Positions 52,073-62,019 of a stretch of 64,000 nt of DNA are shown piece by piece (the stretch's first letter is position 1; each line of letters begins with the position of its first letter). The notes beneath the pieces were generated by a model. It did not search any database. It was not told the DNA's origin and saw only the letters and a list, made by a program, of their open reading frames with translations. The position numbers and the translations under genes were made by a program. This stretch comes from an uncultured Chloroflexia bacterium (GTDB lineage: Bacteria; Chloroflexota; Limnocylindria; Limnocylindrales; CSP1-4), in assembly GCA_963850555.1 (NCBI GenBank), contig CAWKLT010000013.1, forward strand, positions 125,364 through 189,363, in the 5' to 3' direction.

Positions 52073-53283
52073 TCAGCCTTCGCCGTCGTCCTCGATCAAG
52101 GGCAGGGCGACGACGACCGTGGTGCCGCGTCCCCGGCCCGTCGGAGTGGAGCACGAGCGTGCCGTCGTGCGCGGCGACGATGCCCCGGCAGGCATACAGC
52201 CCGAGGCCAAGCCCGGGGATGCCCTGCGCTCGAGCGCGGTCGGCCCGCACGAAGCGGTCGAACACGGTCCCGGCTTCGTCGGTGGTGAGACCCATGCCCT
52301 GGTCGCGGATCGTGAGCTGGCCGATCCCATCGGCGGCACGCTCGGTGTGGATCTCGACGCGACCGCCGCCGGGCGAGTACTTGAGGGCGTTGCTGATCAG
52401 GTTCGACACGACGCGCCGAAGGAGGTGCGGATCCCAGAGGCCGACCAGCGGATCGGCGGACGGCTCGAAGTCGATCTGGCGGCGCGTCTCGGCGTCGAGC
52501 AGCGCCAGCGCGTCGGCCACGATCGCATCGAGCTTCGCCGGTTCGGGATCCGGCTCCAGCGCCCCCATGGCCAGCCGCGAGGCGTCACCGAGGGTGTCGA
52601 GCATGATGTTGATCTCGTTGACCGCGATCACGGCACTCTTGACGACGTCCGTGATGCGCTCGCGGTCGAATTCGGGCTCGCCCAGCCACCGGGCGGCGAG
52701 ATCGAGCGATCCCGTCACCAGCGTGATCGGCTGGCGGATGTCGTGGACCGTCGTCGCCAGGAACTCCTCGCGCAGGCTCTCGACGCGATCCGAGAGCGCG
52801 TCCAGCCCGACCGTCGCGGCACCGTCGAGCGCATCGTCGATGACGGCCTGTCCCGCGAGGAGGTCGCGGGCCGGGGGCGTCATCGACGGAGGCGATGAGT
52901 GCCCGCCCGATCTCATGACGGAGCAGGCGGAACTCGGTCACGATCGCCACCGGCCCGAGACCCTGCTCGAAGCGCATCTGCGCATGCGCCTTGGCCGCGT
53001 CGATCACGGCCGGGTCGTCCATCGGCGGCTGGAGGTCGTTGCGATAGTTCGAGGTCCGCAGGACGCCGATGATGTTGTCGAGCAGCACGGGGATGTGATC
53101 GGCGACCGAGGCGGTCGGATTGTCGGCGTGGAACGGCTGCTCCAGGGCTGCCTTCAGCCACGCTGCGAGGATCGCGCCACGCCGGCGCGCGAGGGCCTCC
53201 GCGATCGGGCCCAGGTCGGCGTCGTCGACGACCCCCTCGATGCGTTGATCGATGTCGGCTGCGGCGTCATCGGCCTCGGACAT
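52073..53283 (-). pseudogene. histidine kinase with an N-terminal unknown sensor domain, frameshifted near 52900 and 52140
   Basis: The N-terminal domain of about 130 aa (MSEADDAAADIDQRIEG...) is in ORF 52585..53313. HisKA (VHDIRQPITLVTG) and HATPase (ISNALKYSPGGG...DQGMGL) are in ORF 51690..52916. The C-terminal residues are in ORF 52073..52339. Confidence 0.65.
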
Positions 53284-53444
53284 GCCGCGCCCTCCCACGT
53301 TGTGTGGCTTCACACCCCCGCGCGAAGGCCGAGGATACGCCGCGTTCCGCGCTCACGTCCGTTGCGCCGCTCGCATCGCGCCGCCCATGAGAAGGCCCCG
53401 GCGTTGCCGCCGGGGCCTCTGATGCGATTCGGGGACAGTCGTCG

Positions 53445-53780
53445 TCAGCGGTCGCCGCGGAGCTCGTCGCCCACGTTGCCGGCCTGCTCGCGGATCTCGT
53501 CGCCGACATTGGCGGCGTGGTCAGCGAGGGACTCGTCGCCGTCCGACTTCCGATAGGCGGCCTTGGCGTCGTTCTCGCTGTCGCGATACTCGCGCTTCAT
53601 GTCCTGGGTGCTGTCGTCCGCGACGTCGCGGATCTCGTCGCCCGCATTGCCGAGCTGCTCGCGCATCTCGTCGCCCGCGTTCGCGACCTTGTCGCCGAGC
53701 GACTCGTCGCCGTCGGCCTTGCGCCATGCCTGCTTGGCGTCCGTCTGGACGTCGCGAGCGCCTTCCTTGATGTCATCCAT
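53445..53780 (-). CDS. CsbD-like general stress protein (two repeats)
   Basis: SD AAGGAG upstream of ATG 53780. Two copies of the motif K-A-D-G-D-E-S-L-x-D-K/H-x-A-N-x-G-D-E-x-R-E-Q-x-G-N. Confidence 0.7.
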   Translation of the reverse strand: MDDIKEGARDVQTDAKQAWRKADGDESLGDKVANAGDEMREQLGNAGDEIRDVADDSTQDMKREYRDSENDAKAAYRKSDGDESLADHAANVGDEIREQAGNVGDELRGDR

Positions 53781-53933
53781 GATGGTGGGACTCCTTCGCG
53801 GTGGTGGCGCTGCTTGCGCCGTACCGAGAACGTAGTCCCCGCCGCGTATCGCGACGCCCGTCGGGGACGCCGGTCCGATTGCGGCGACGTTGCAGCACGG
53901 TGCCGCGGTCGCCGGGAGTCCGCTCGGGTCGCG

Positions 53934-54316
53934 TCAGCGCGTCGCGGTGGGCTTTGATCCGGGCTTGTCGCTCTGGCGGTCGAGCAGGGTGAGCCCCATG
54001 GCCGCCGCCGGCACGAGCGCCAGCATCACGAGCAGGCGATTCGCCCCGCCGACGAGGAGGCCCAGGGCGAAACCGAACGCCACGAGCGTGCCGGCCGAGA
54101 GCGTCTCATCGGAGCCCGAGTCGATCGCGCGTCGGGCGTCCGTGATCGCCTCGCGGGTCGTGGCTGCGGCCTCAGGGAAGCGGGCGACCGCCTCGTTGGC
54201 CACGCCGCGGACCGTGTCGGCGGCGTCGCGCACCGCTTCCTTGGCCTGCTGAGCGGCTCCTTGGCCTGGTCGGCGGCCGTATCCGCGGTCTCGGTCGATC
54301 GTGGTGTGGTTGCCAT
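53934..54316 (-). CDS. DUF883/ElaB-like membrane-anchored stress protein, possible frameshift near the start (about 54255)
   Basis: ATG 54316 with SD AAGGAG. The hydrophilic N-terminus (AQQAKEAVRDAADTVRGVANEAV) is followed by a C-terminal TM helix (LVAFGFALGLLVGG). A near-duplicate 21-bp segment at the N-terminus changes frame. Confidence 0.5.
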
Positions 54317-54743
54317 GGCTCGGACTCCTTTGGATCGTGTGGCCCGGTCGGCCCCGAAGCATACGTACCGGGCGCTGCGACGGGAAATGGCGACGGACGG
54401 CTCGGGGAGGGGACCCGGGCCGTCCGTGCGGTCCGAGAACGCCCCGTCACAAGCGCTCCCGGTTGGGGACTATCCGATTTTCGCGGGGAAGCGACTGGGA
54501 CGGCTTCGGCCGCTGTGGCCCTCAAGGTATGGTCCCGACGTACACGCGAATCGTCACGTGAGCTGGGACGGGACATTGCATCCCCATAACAGGTGATCAA
54601 GGTGGCTCCCGGACCCCCAGTGGCACGGGAGCCACGTCGCAAGTGTCGGGCCGCACACGTCACGGTCGCCCATGTCGGCTGACCCGCCGCGTTGCACCGA
54701 CGTCACGGCTCCGCCGATCGCATCCGCCGGAAGCCGGGCTGAG

Positions 54744-55211
54744 TCAGCCGGTGACGTCGTCCTGGCGCACCTCGCCGCGCCACGCGCCGGTGGCGACGCC
54801 GCGGCTCTCCACGAACTCCTTGAAGCGCTTCAGGTCGTCCTTCGCCCCCCGCCCGACGAAGCCGAGCGCGTCGCCGGCCGATTCGACCGGGCCCTCGGGC
54901 TCGACATCGAGCTGCAGGGTCACCCGCGCCTTGCGGTCGTCGAGGCGATGGAACGTGACGACGCCGGCGTTCTCGGCCCCGTCGATCGAGGTCCAGGCGA
55001 TCCGCTGGTCGGGCGTCTGCTCGGTGATCTTGGCCTTCCAGGTCTTGCTCACGCCGGCGATCTCGGCGGTCCACTGGAGGGTCGTGTCGTCGAGCTGCTC
55101 GACCTTCTCGACGGCCTCCATGAACTGCGGGAACTCTTCGAACTGGGTCCACTGGTCGTACGCGACGCGGACCGGGACGTCGACGTCGATCGACTCGATG
55201 ATCTGGGACAC
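54744..55211 (-). CDS. SRPBCC family protein (polyketide cyclase/dehydrase-like, START fold)
   Basis: 155 aa with GTG start and SD AAGGAGG. It has the Bet v1-like fold pattern. Confidence 0.85.
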   Translation of the reverse strand: MSQIIESIDVDVPVRVAYDQWTQFEEFPQFMEAVEKVEQLDDTTLQWTAEIAGVSKTWKAKITEQTPDQRIAWTSIDGAENAGVVTFHRLDDRKARVTLQLDVEPEGPVESAGDALGFVGRGAKDDLKRFKEFVESRGVATGAWRGEVRQDDVTG

Positions 55212-55313
55212 GATGCCTCCTCCTTGATGTCGATGGATGCGAAAAGGCCCACCGCTTGGGTGGACCTTCTCGCGTGCTGAGATGGGTCCGGGCTAGCGCC
55301 CGGGCTGTGTCGA

Positions 55314-55595
55314 TCAGACGGGGCCGCGACCCACGCGCGAGCGACCCGTCACCGCGCCGACCACGAGGACCGTGATCACGGCACCGATCGTCGCGACGAC
55401 GATCGAGCTGATGTCCAGCGCGCCGTCGATCGGATCCGAATTGAAGAGGACACCGGCAAGGAAGCCGCCGACGAGCGCGCCGACGATGCCAAGCACGATG
55501 TGTCCGATGATGCCGAGACCCTCGTCACCCTTGACGAGGAAGCCGGCCAGGTACCCGGCGATGGCGCCGAGGACGATCCACGCAATGATGCTCAT
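55314..55595 (-). CDS. GlsB/YeaQ/YmgE family stress-response membrane protein
   Basis: Reads from the ATG at 55595 (SD GGAGG) as MSIIAWIVLGAIAGYLAGFLVKGDEGLGIIGHIVLGIVGALVGGFLAGVLF. Confidence 0.8.
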   Translation of the reverse strand: MSIIAWIVLGAIAGYLAGFLVKGDEGLGIIGHIVLGIVGALVGGFLAGVLFNSDPIDGALDISSIVVATIGAVITVLVVGAVTGRSRVGRGPV

Positions 55596-55701
55596 TCGAT
55601 ACCTCCATCCCCATGCGGGCCTCTCACCCGCCTGCTGGGGTTCATTCGCCCCCAACGTCGGGGCTGGGCGCCACTCTCGCGCTCAGCGCGCGGCGCGCGG
55701 A

Positions 55702-55952
55702 CTACGACGGACCGCGCGCACATAACAACGGCATGAAGACGCCGGGCCCCGCGAACGGGACCCGGCGTCTGGATCGCGCGCGATCCGCTTGGTCAGGACG
55801 CCGACGGCGCCGCCGAGTCGCTCGGGGCGGCATGCTTGGGGCGGCGTCGCTCGGGGCGGCGACGCTCGGCTCGACGGTCGCAGCCGGGCTGGACCCGCCC
55901 GCGGGCGTGCACGCGATGAGGGCGGCCCCGAGGGCCAGGGCAAGAAGCAAGC
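55702..55952 (-). CDS. small putative lipoprotein, repeat-containing, possibly frameshifted
   Basis: ATG 55952 with SD AGGAGG. Signal peptide with lipobox MWTRLLLALALGAALIAC, then AAPSDAAPS repeats. The tail is Arg-rich in this frame, and an alternative frame ends ...AAPSAS-stop. Confidence 0.45.
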
Positions 55953-56237
55953 GCGTCCACATGGGAAGTACCTCCTGGAGATCGATCGCGGCGGCCACCG
56001 CGCGCGGGGTGGCGGACCGGCCGGTGAGTGCCAACCGACGCCTTGACCCTAGGGGAGCAGGGGCCACGATGGTGTCGCGGCGCACCGGCCGGAGGTTTCA
56101 GGCGGCTCGCAGACGCGGTTGTCACGCGCGCGTGATGCGTCCGAGCCTCGCCGCGGTATCGCCGAATGGCCGTCAGCCCGAGCATTCGGTTCGACGCGGG
56201 GATTGCCGCCGATCAAGTCTTCGAGGACCCGACATCG

Positions 56238-56375
56238 ATGCTTACCGACAGGACCCACCAGCCGTTGGTGATGGACGACGCCGAGCCGACCTCGGACCGC
56301 GGGATGCTCCTGCTCCAGTACCTGGTCGCCGCGATCGCCGTGGTCGCGGCGTTGCTGCTCGCGCTCATCAACTGA
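56238..56375 (+). CDS. hypothetical small membrane protein (45 aa) upstream of corA, weak call
   Basis: MLTDRTHQPLVMDDAEPTSDRGMLLLQYLVAAIAVVAALLLALIN has a single C-terminal TM helix. Confidence 0.3.
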   Translation: MLTDRTHQPLVMDDAEPTSDRGMLLLQYLVAAIAVVAALLLALIN

Positions 56376-56385
56376 GCTTCGTCAG

Positions 56386-57361
56386 CTGAGCCCCGTCACC
56401 GCCCGGCTGTTCGATGCCGACGGCCACGACCGGCGGATCGACCTGGCCGACCTCGACGTCTCGAAGCTCGGCGACCGACAGCTCCTGTGGGTCGACATCG
56501 ATCGAGCCGATGACGACGAAGCCCTCCACGAGCTGGCGGCTCGCCTGGAGCTCCCCGAGGCGGAACAGGAACGACTCGGGAACGAGCTGGGTCGTGCCAA
56601 CTCCTGGCGGTCCGAGGATCGGCTGCACCTCACCCTCGAGGCCCTCGAGCCCGCGGAAGACGACCCCGGCCGGCTGACCCGTCGCGAGATCGACCTGGTC
56701 GCGAGGCGGAACCTCGTGCTCTCCGTGCACGCCGGCCCGGTCGGCGCCCTCGAGCGGTACGTCGATGGCCTGGATGGCGAAACCCGCCTGGGCGCGCTCG
56801 ATGCCGCCGACCTGCTGTCGGCGCTGGTGGACGAGGTCCTCATCGGGTACTTACCAGCTCGTCGAGATGATCGAGCGCGACATCGACGACCTCGACCAGC
56901 GCGCCCTGCACGGCCGGCCCAAGGACGACGTCCTGGGTGCCCTCGTGTCGCTCCGACGGCGCATCGGACTCGTGCGCCGAACGCTCGCCCCGCATCGCGA
57001 GGCGCTGGCCGCCCTGGCCCGGCCCGGAGATGCAGTCGGAAGAGGCCGTCGGCCAGCCGTGGCCCGGGCTCGTCGACCGCCTCGAAGGTGCGATCGCGGC
57101 GATCGATTCGGTGCGCGACAGCCTGCTCGGCACGTACGACATCCACATGGGCCGGGTCTCGCAGCACGCGAACGACGTCATGAAGACGCTGACCCTGTTG
57201 TCCGGAGTGCTGCTGCCGGCGGTCGTGCTGGCCGGCATCATGGGCATGAATTTCGAGATGCCGTTCTTCGAGGACACGACGAACTTCTGGATCGTCGTGG
57301 GCTCGATGATCGGGATGGCCATCGTGATCCTGGCCGTGGCCCGCTGGCGCGACTGGATCTA
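56386..57361 (+). pseudogene. corA: magnesium/cobalt transporter CorA, frameshifted near 56860 and 57030; start codon not identifiable
   Basis: The N-terminal cytoplasmic domain reads in one frame from about 56386, the middle YQLVEMIERDIDDLDQRALHG... in ORF 56765..57868, and the C-terminal TM domain with the GMN motif (LAGIMGMNFEMPFFE) in ORF 56937..57362. Confidence 0.8.
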
Positions 57362-57394
57362 GCGCCGGCGCTCCCGGCCGGACGGGACCCGGAC

Positions 57395-58527
57395 CTACTT
57401 CGACGAAGCGTTGGCGGCGTCCGGCAGCGAGCGCTCGTAGCCCTCCGTCGTCTCCTCATCGGGGGTCTCGATCGCGGCGGGGTCCTGGGCGACCGGCGTC
57501 TCGCGGGCCTGGAGCCGGGACAGGACGATCTCGATCGAGGCGGCGATCGGCACGGCGAGGAACGCCCCCAGCAATCCGCCGACCTCGGCGCCCACGAGCA
57601 GGCTGAACAGCACGAGGAGCGGCGAGATCCCGATCGTGTTGCGCATGACGATCGGCACGAGGACGTTGCCCTCGACGAGCTGGAGCACGACGTAGATCAG
57701 CGCCACGACGAGGGCGAGCTCCGGCGAGACCGTGGCGGCCACGAGGATGGCCGGGATGGCCCCGAGCAGCGGCCCGACGATCGGGATGGCCTCGGTCAGG
57801 GCGGCGATCAGGCCGAGCAGGAGGGCCCCCGGCAGGCCCAGCAGCGAGTAGGCGACGGCCGGTCGTGACGCCCATGAAGCCCATCAGGATGAGCTGCCCG
57901 CGGACCCACAGGCCCAGGCGCGTCTCGATCTCGTTCCAGGCGTTGCGGGCCCCGGCGCGCCGGTCGGCCGGCAGGAACGCCAGGGAGTAGCGCTGCAACC
58001 GGGCGTGCTCCACGAGCCAGAAGAACACGATGGCCAGCATCGTGAACAGGAAGAGCGCCGCCTCGGCGACGGCGGTGCCGACCTCCACGACTTCGCCAGG
58101 GCTCGGCGGCGGGGCCGGGGCGAAGATCTCCGCCACCGAATCGACGAGGGCCGTGATCGACGTCGAGAGGGCGACCGGTCGCAGGGTCGCCGGCCCATGC
58201 GCGCACCTCGTCGAAGAACGGCGGCAACGCGGCGATGATCTTCTGGCCCTGGTTCACCGCCGCCGGCACGACGATGAAGGCCATGCCGATCGCGACGATG
58301 AAGAAGGCGAGGTAGACGATGAGGATCGTCCCGACGCGACCCATCGGGAGACGCTCGCGCAGCCAGCCGATCATCGGCTCGAGCGCCGACGCCAGCAGGA
58401 CGGACAGGAACAGGAGCAGCAGGACATTCGCCGCCGCGATCCCGAGCTGGATGAGGCCGAACACGAGCAGGGCACCCGCGGCGAGGCCCATGCCGCGGAT
58501 CCCCCAGGTGGTCAGGTCGGAACGCAT
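57395..58527 (-). pseudogene. AI-2E family transporter (PerM/UPF0118), frameshifted near 58190 and 57850
   Basis: Three colinear pieces lie in ORFs 57808..58527, 57456..58136 and 57395..57742. All are hydrophobic and together total about 377 aa. Confidence 0.8.
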
Positions 58528-61184
58528 GTCGGCGGACTGTGGAGGGGAGTCAATGCCGTGTCAATCGCCGTCTGGAGGCGGGGGCGTCGGCTTGGGGTCG
58601 CCGCCACCTGGCTTGTCGGGCTTGTCAGGCTTGTCCGGCTTGTCGCGGCTTGTCCGGCTTGTCCGGCGTCGCGTACCGGCGCTCGGTAACAGGCCCCGTA
58701 CAGCGGACCGCCCCACGAGCTCTCGCCCCAGAAGTAGGCCGTCGACGAGTCGTAGCGACCGGTGACGCCGTTGCCCCGCCGCGCCCGCGCGCAGCCAGTC
58801 CTGCGACGTCCGCCTTCCACGCCGACCGTCCGAGCTCGGCCTTGACCGGATCGACCCGCCAGCCGCCACAGCCCGCCCGGTACAGCAGGCCATCCCGGTC
58901 GATCGCCTTTCGCGCGCCCGGCTGCGTGCCGCGGATGAACCATTCCTTGGTCGTGTCCCGTGTCCACGAGCCGGGTCGGCCGCCGGACCAGGCGTCGATC
59001 GTCGCCGAGACGACGTCCTTCGGCCGCTTGAACTTCGCGACCTTCCACGTGCGCGTGTAGTCGCGGACGAACGCGCGCCACAGCGGCGCAGCCGCCGTCA
59101 GCGATGTGGCCGCGTCGCCGCGCGAACGCGGGTAGGAGTGGTCGCTGTTGCCCATCCAGACGCCGACGGCCAGGCCGACGCCGTCCTTGCCGCTCGCCGG
59201 CAGGAAGCCGTAGGTGCCCAGGTCGCGGGCGTCGTTGGTGGTGCCGGTCTTGGCCGCCGCCGGCCGGCGCGACCCGCCGGGACCGTTGCGCAGCGCCAGC
59301 TTCGCGGCCCAGATCTCGTTCTGACGGGGATCCGTGTTGCCCGCCAGGATGTCGCTGACGAGGAAGGCCGACTGCGCGGAGATCGCCCGTTCCCCGTCGG
59401 GCTTGGGCGCCTCCCAGACGACCCGGCCGTCGGATCCGCGGATCTCGAGGACCATCCGTGGCGGCACGCGGACGCCGCCGTTGGCGATCGTCCCGTACGC
59501 GGACGTCAGGTCGATCGGGCGGACCTCGACCGTCCCGAGCGCGCCCGCCAGGCCCGCCTGGAGGAAGGCCTTTCGGCCACCGGTGAACCGGATGCCCATG
59601 GCCTCGGCGGTGTCGGCGACGCGTTCGTTGCCGACGCGATGGAGCGCTCGGATGGCCGGGATGTTGAGCGAGTACTGGAGGGCACGCCGGACGAGGACCG
59701 GACCGCGCTCGCGCTGGTCGGCGTCGCGCGGGGCCCAGTCCTGGCCCTTGTCGAACTCGGTCGTCACGTCGAGCAGGAGGCTGCCCGGGCTCAGGCGCTT
59801 CGCGTTGAACGCGGCCGCGTACAGGATCGGCTTGAACGCCGAGCCGGGCTGCCGGGCGCCGTCGCCGGCCGCGTCGTACTTCGGCTCGAAGACCTTGCTC
59901 GCGAGGTCGTCGCGGGCGTAGCCGGCACTGCCGACGTAGGCGAGCACGTCGCCGGTCCGATAGTCGAGGGCGACGAGCGCTGCGTTGTGCAGGTCCTTGC
60001 CGCGCAACGCCGTGATCCAGCGCCGATCGCCGCTCTTGATCTTGAGGTCTTTGAGCATCGCCGCCGACTTCTTGCGGGAGATGTTCGGGGCGATGGCCGC
60101 CGCGCCGAGCCAGCGCTCGGCGAGCCGCTGCGCCTTCCAGTCGAGGGTCGTGATGACCCGGTAGCCGCCCCGTTCCAGGTCGGCGTCCGGTCCCAGGATC
60201 GCCAGCAGCTGGCGACGGACCTGCCACGTGAAGTGCCCGCCAGGGATCCGGATCGGTCGCTCCCCGGCCAGGACGACCGGCTCGTCCAGGGCCGCCTTGA
60301 GCTCGGCCGGGGTGAGCTTGGTCCACCGCCCGGCCGTCGCGAGACCCTCGAGGACCCAGTCGCGTCGAACGACCGGCTCGGCGGTCGAGCGGGACCACGA
60401 GGCGGCCGTCGTCGTCCTTGACCGCGTACCGGTACGGGTCCAGCGTCGATGGGGCCTTCGGAAGTCCGGCGAGCAGCGCGGCCTGCGCCACCGTCAGGTC
60501 CGCGAGGTCCGTCACGCCGAAGTAGACGTCGGCCGCCGCGGCGATGCCGTAGGCCTCGTGGCCGTAGTAGATCTCGTTGAGGTACGCGCTGATGACGCGT
60601 TCCTTGCCGGCGGCGCCCGGGTACTCGTCCGTCAGCCGGAGCGCCTGGACGATCTCCTTGGCCTTGCGCATGTAGCGGTCCGAGCCGGTCACGACGTCCT
60701 CCGGCAGGAGCCGCGCCCGGACGAGCTGCTGGGTGATCGTCGACGCGCCGCGCTCGCTGACGCCGGACGCGTTCTCGGCCACGGCCGAGATCAGGGCGGC
60801 GGGGTCGATGCCGGCGTTGTCCCAGAAGGAGCGGTCCTCGGCCGTCGTCGTCGCATCGAGGACGAGGGTCGGGATATCGGCGTAGTCGATGACACGCCGG
60901 CGCTGGTCCTGGAACCGTCCGAGCTCGGTCTTGCCGGAGCGGTCGTAGACGATCGTCGGTTGCGCGAACGCGAGCTTGCCGAGGTCGCTCGGATCGGGCA
61001 GGTCGGATGACAGCACGCCCAGCGCCGATACCGACACGATCCCGGCGAGGCCGACGACCACGAGCGCGGACGACGCCACGGCCGCGAGGACCGCCCCGAG
61101 GCGGCGCGAGCGCGTGCCCTGTGGCGGCCGACGGCGGACCGATTCGGCGCGACGCATCGCGACGATCCGCGTGGTCCTGGTCAT
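58512..61184 (-). pseudogene. class A penicillin-binding protein (transglycosylase plus transpeptidase), frameshifted near 60410 and 58700
   Basis: The GT51 domain (EDRSFWDNAGID...GASTITQQL...RKAKE) is in ORF 58512..61307 from the Met at 61184. The transpeptidase domain with SxxK (GSAFKP), SLN and KTGTT motifs is in ORF 58625..60058. A Pro/Asp/Lys repeat tail follows. Confidence 0.85.
58611..58665. repeat. 9-bp tandem repeat (GCTTGTCNG x6) in the PBP C-terminal tail; one unit is 10 bp
   Basis: gcttgtcgg gcttgtcag gcttgtccg gcttgtcgcg gcttgtccg gcttgtccg encodes (PDK)n on the minus strand. The 10-bp unit breaks the frame. Confidence 0.8.
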
Positions 61185-61361
61185 GTGGACGCGCCGGGCA
61201 GGGTGTGACGGCAGACGACGGCGAGCATGAGCCGATGCTGCGGGTGCGATGGTGTCGGCCGCGCTGGCTCGCGGAGCCGGCCGGTTGCACCACCATGTCA
61301 GCGCCACAAGAGGTGTTGCGTTCAGTCACCTACCATGACCGCTCCACAGGAGGAGATGGCG

Positions 61362-62019
61362 ATGTCGGACGAGCCCCAGCGCAGTGACCGGGACGCCGGC
61401 CGGATCGTCGTCGGCGGGACGGGGCGCGTGTCGGTGGAACCGGACGTCGCCGACCTCGACTGGGCGTCTCGGTGGCCCGGCCAACGGTCGACACGGCTCG
61501 CGCCGTCGCCGCCGACGACGATGGCCGCGATCCTCGCCGCGGTGGCCGACGCGGGGGTCGAGCGCCGCGACGTCCGGACGACGCTGCTGTCCGTGCAGCC
61601 GCGCTACGACTACCGCGAGAACCAGCCGCCGGTGTTGACCGGATACGAGCTGGCCAACGTCGTCGAGGTCACGGTCCGCGACCTCGCCCGCCTCGGCGAG
61701 GTCGTCGACGGCACCCTGCGCGCCGGAGCGACGAGCATGGACGGACTGTCGTTCCGGGTGGACGACCCGGCTCCGGCCGAGCGCGAGGCACGATTGCGCG
61801 CGATGGCCGCGGCCCGCGCTCGGGCAGACGTGCTTGCCGAGGCGGCCGGGCTGTCGATCGTCGGGGTGTCGGACATCGTCGAGGGCGGCATGCCGTCGCC
61901 GCCCGGAGCCTCGCTACAAGGCCGCGCGGATGATGATCGCCGAGGACGCATCCACACCCGTCGAGGCGGGCTCCATGGAGATCGCCGTCAGCGTCACGGT
62001 CACCTACCGGGCGCGCTGA
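61362..62019 (+). pseudogene. SIMPL domain (DUF541) protein, frameshifted near 61905
   Basis: SD AGGAGG upstream of ATG 61362. The conserved TGYELANVVEVTVRDLARLGEVVD...GLSFRVDDP is in ORF 61227..62114. The C-terminus EPRYKAARMMIAEDASTPVEAGSMEIAVSVTVTYRAR is in ORF 61834..62019. Confidence 0.75.

Noticed and set aside
59791-61329. 512-aa minus-strand ORF in a third frame over the PBP gene
   Set aside because: It is Arg/Gly/Pro-rich with no domain. The PBP domains are accounted for by the other two frames.
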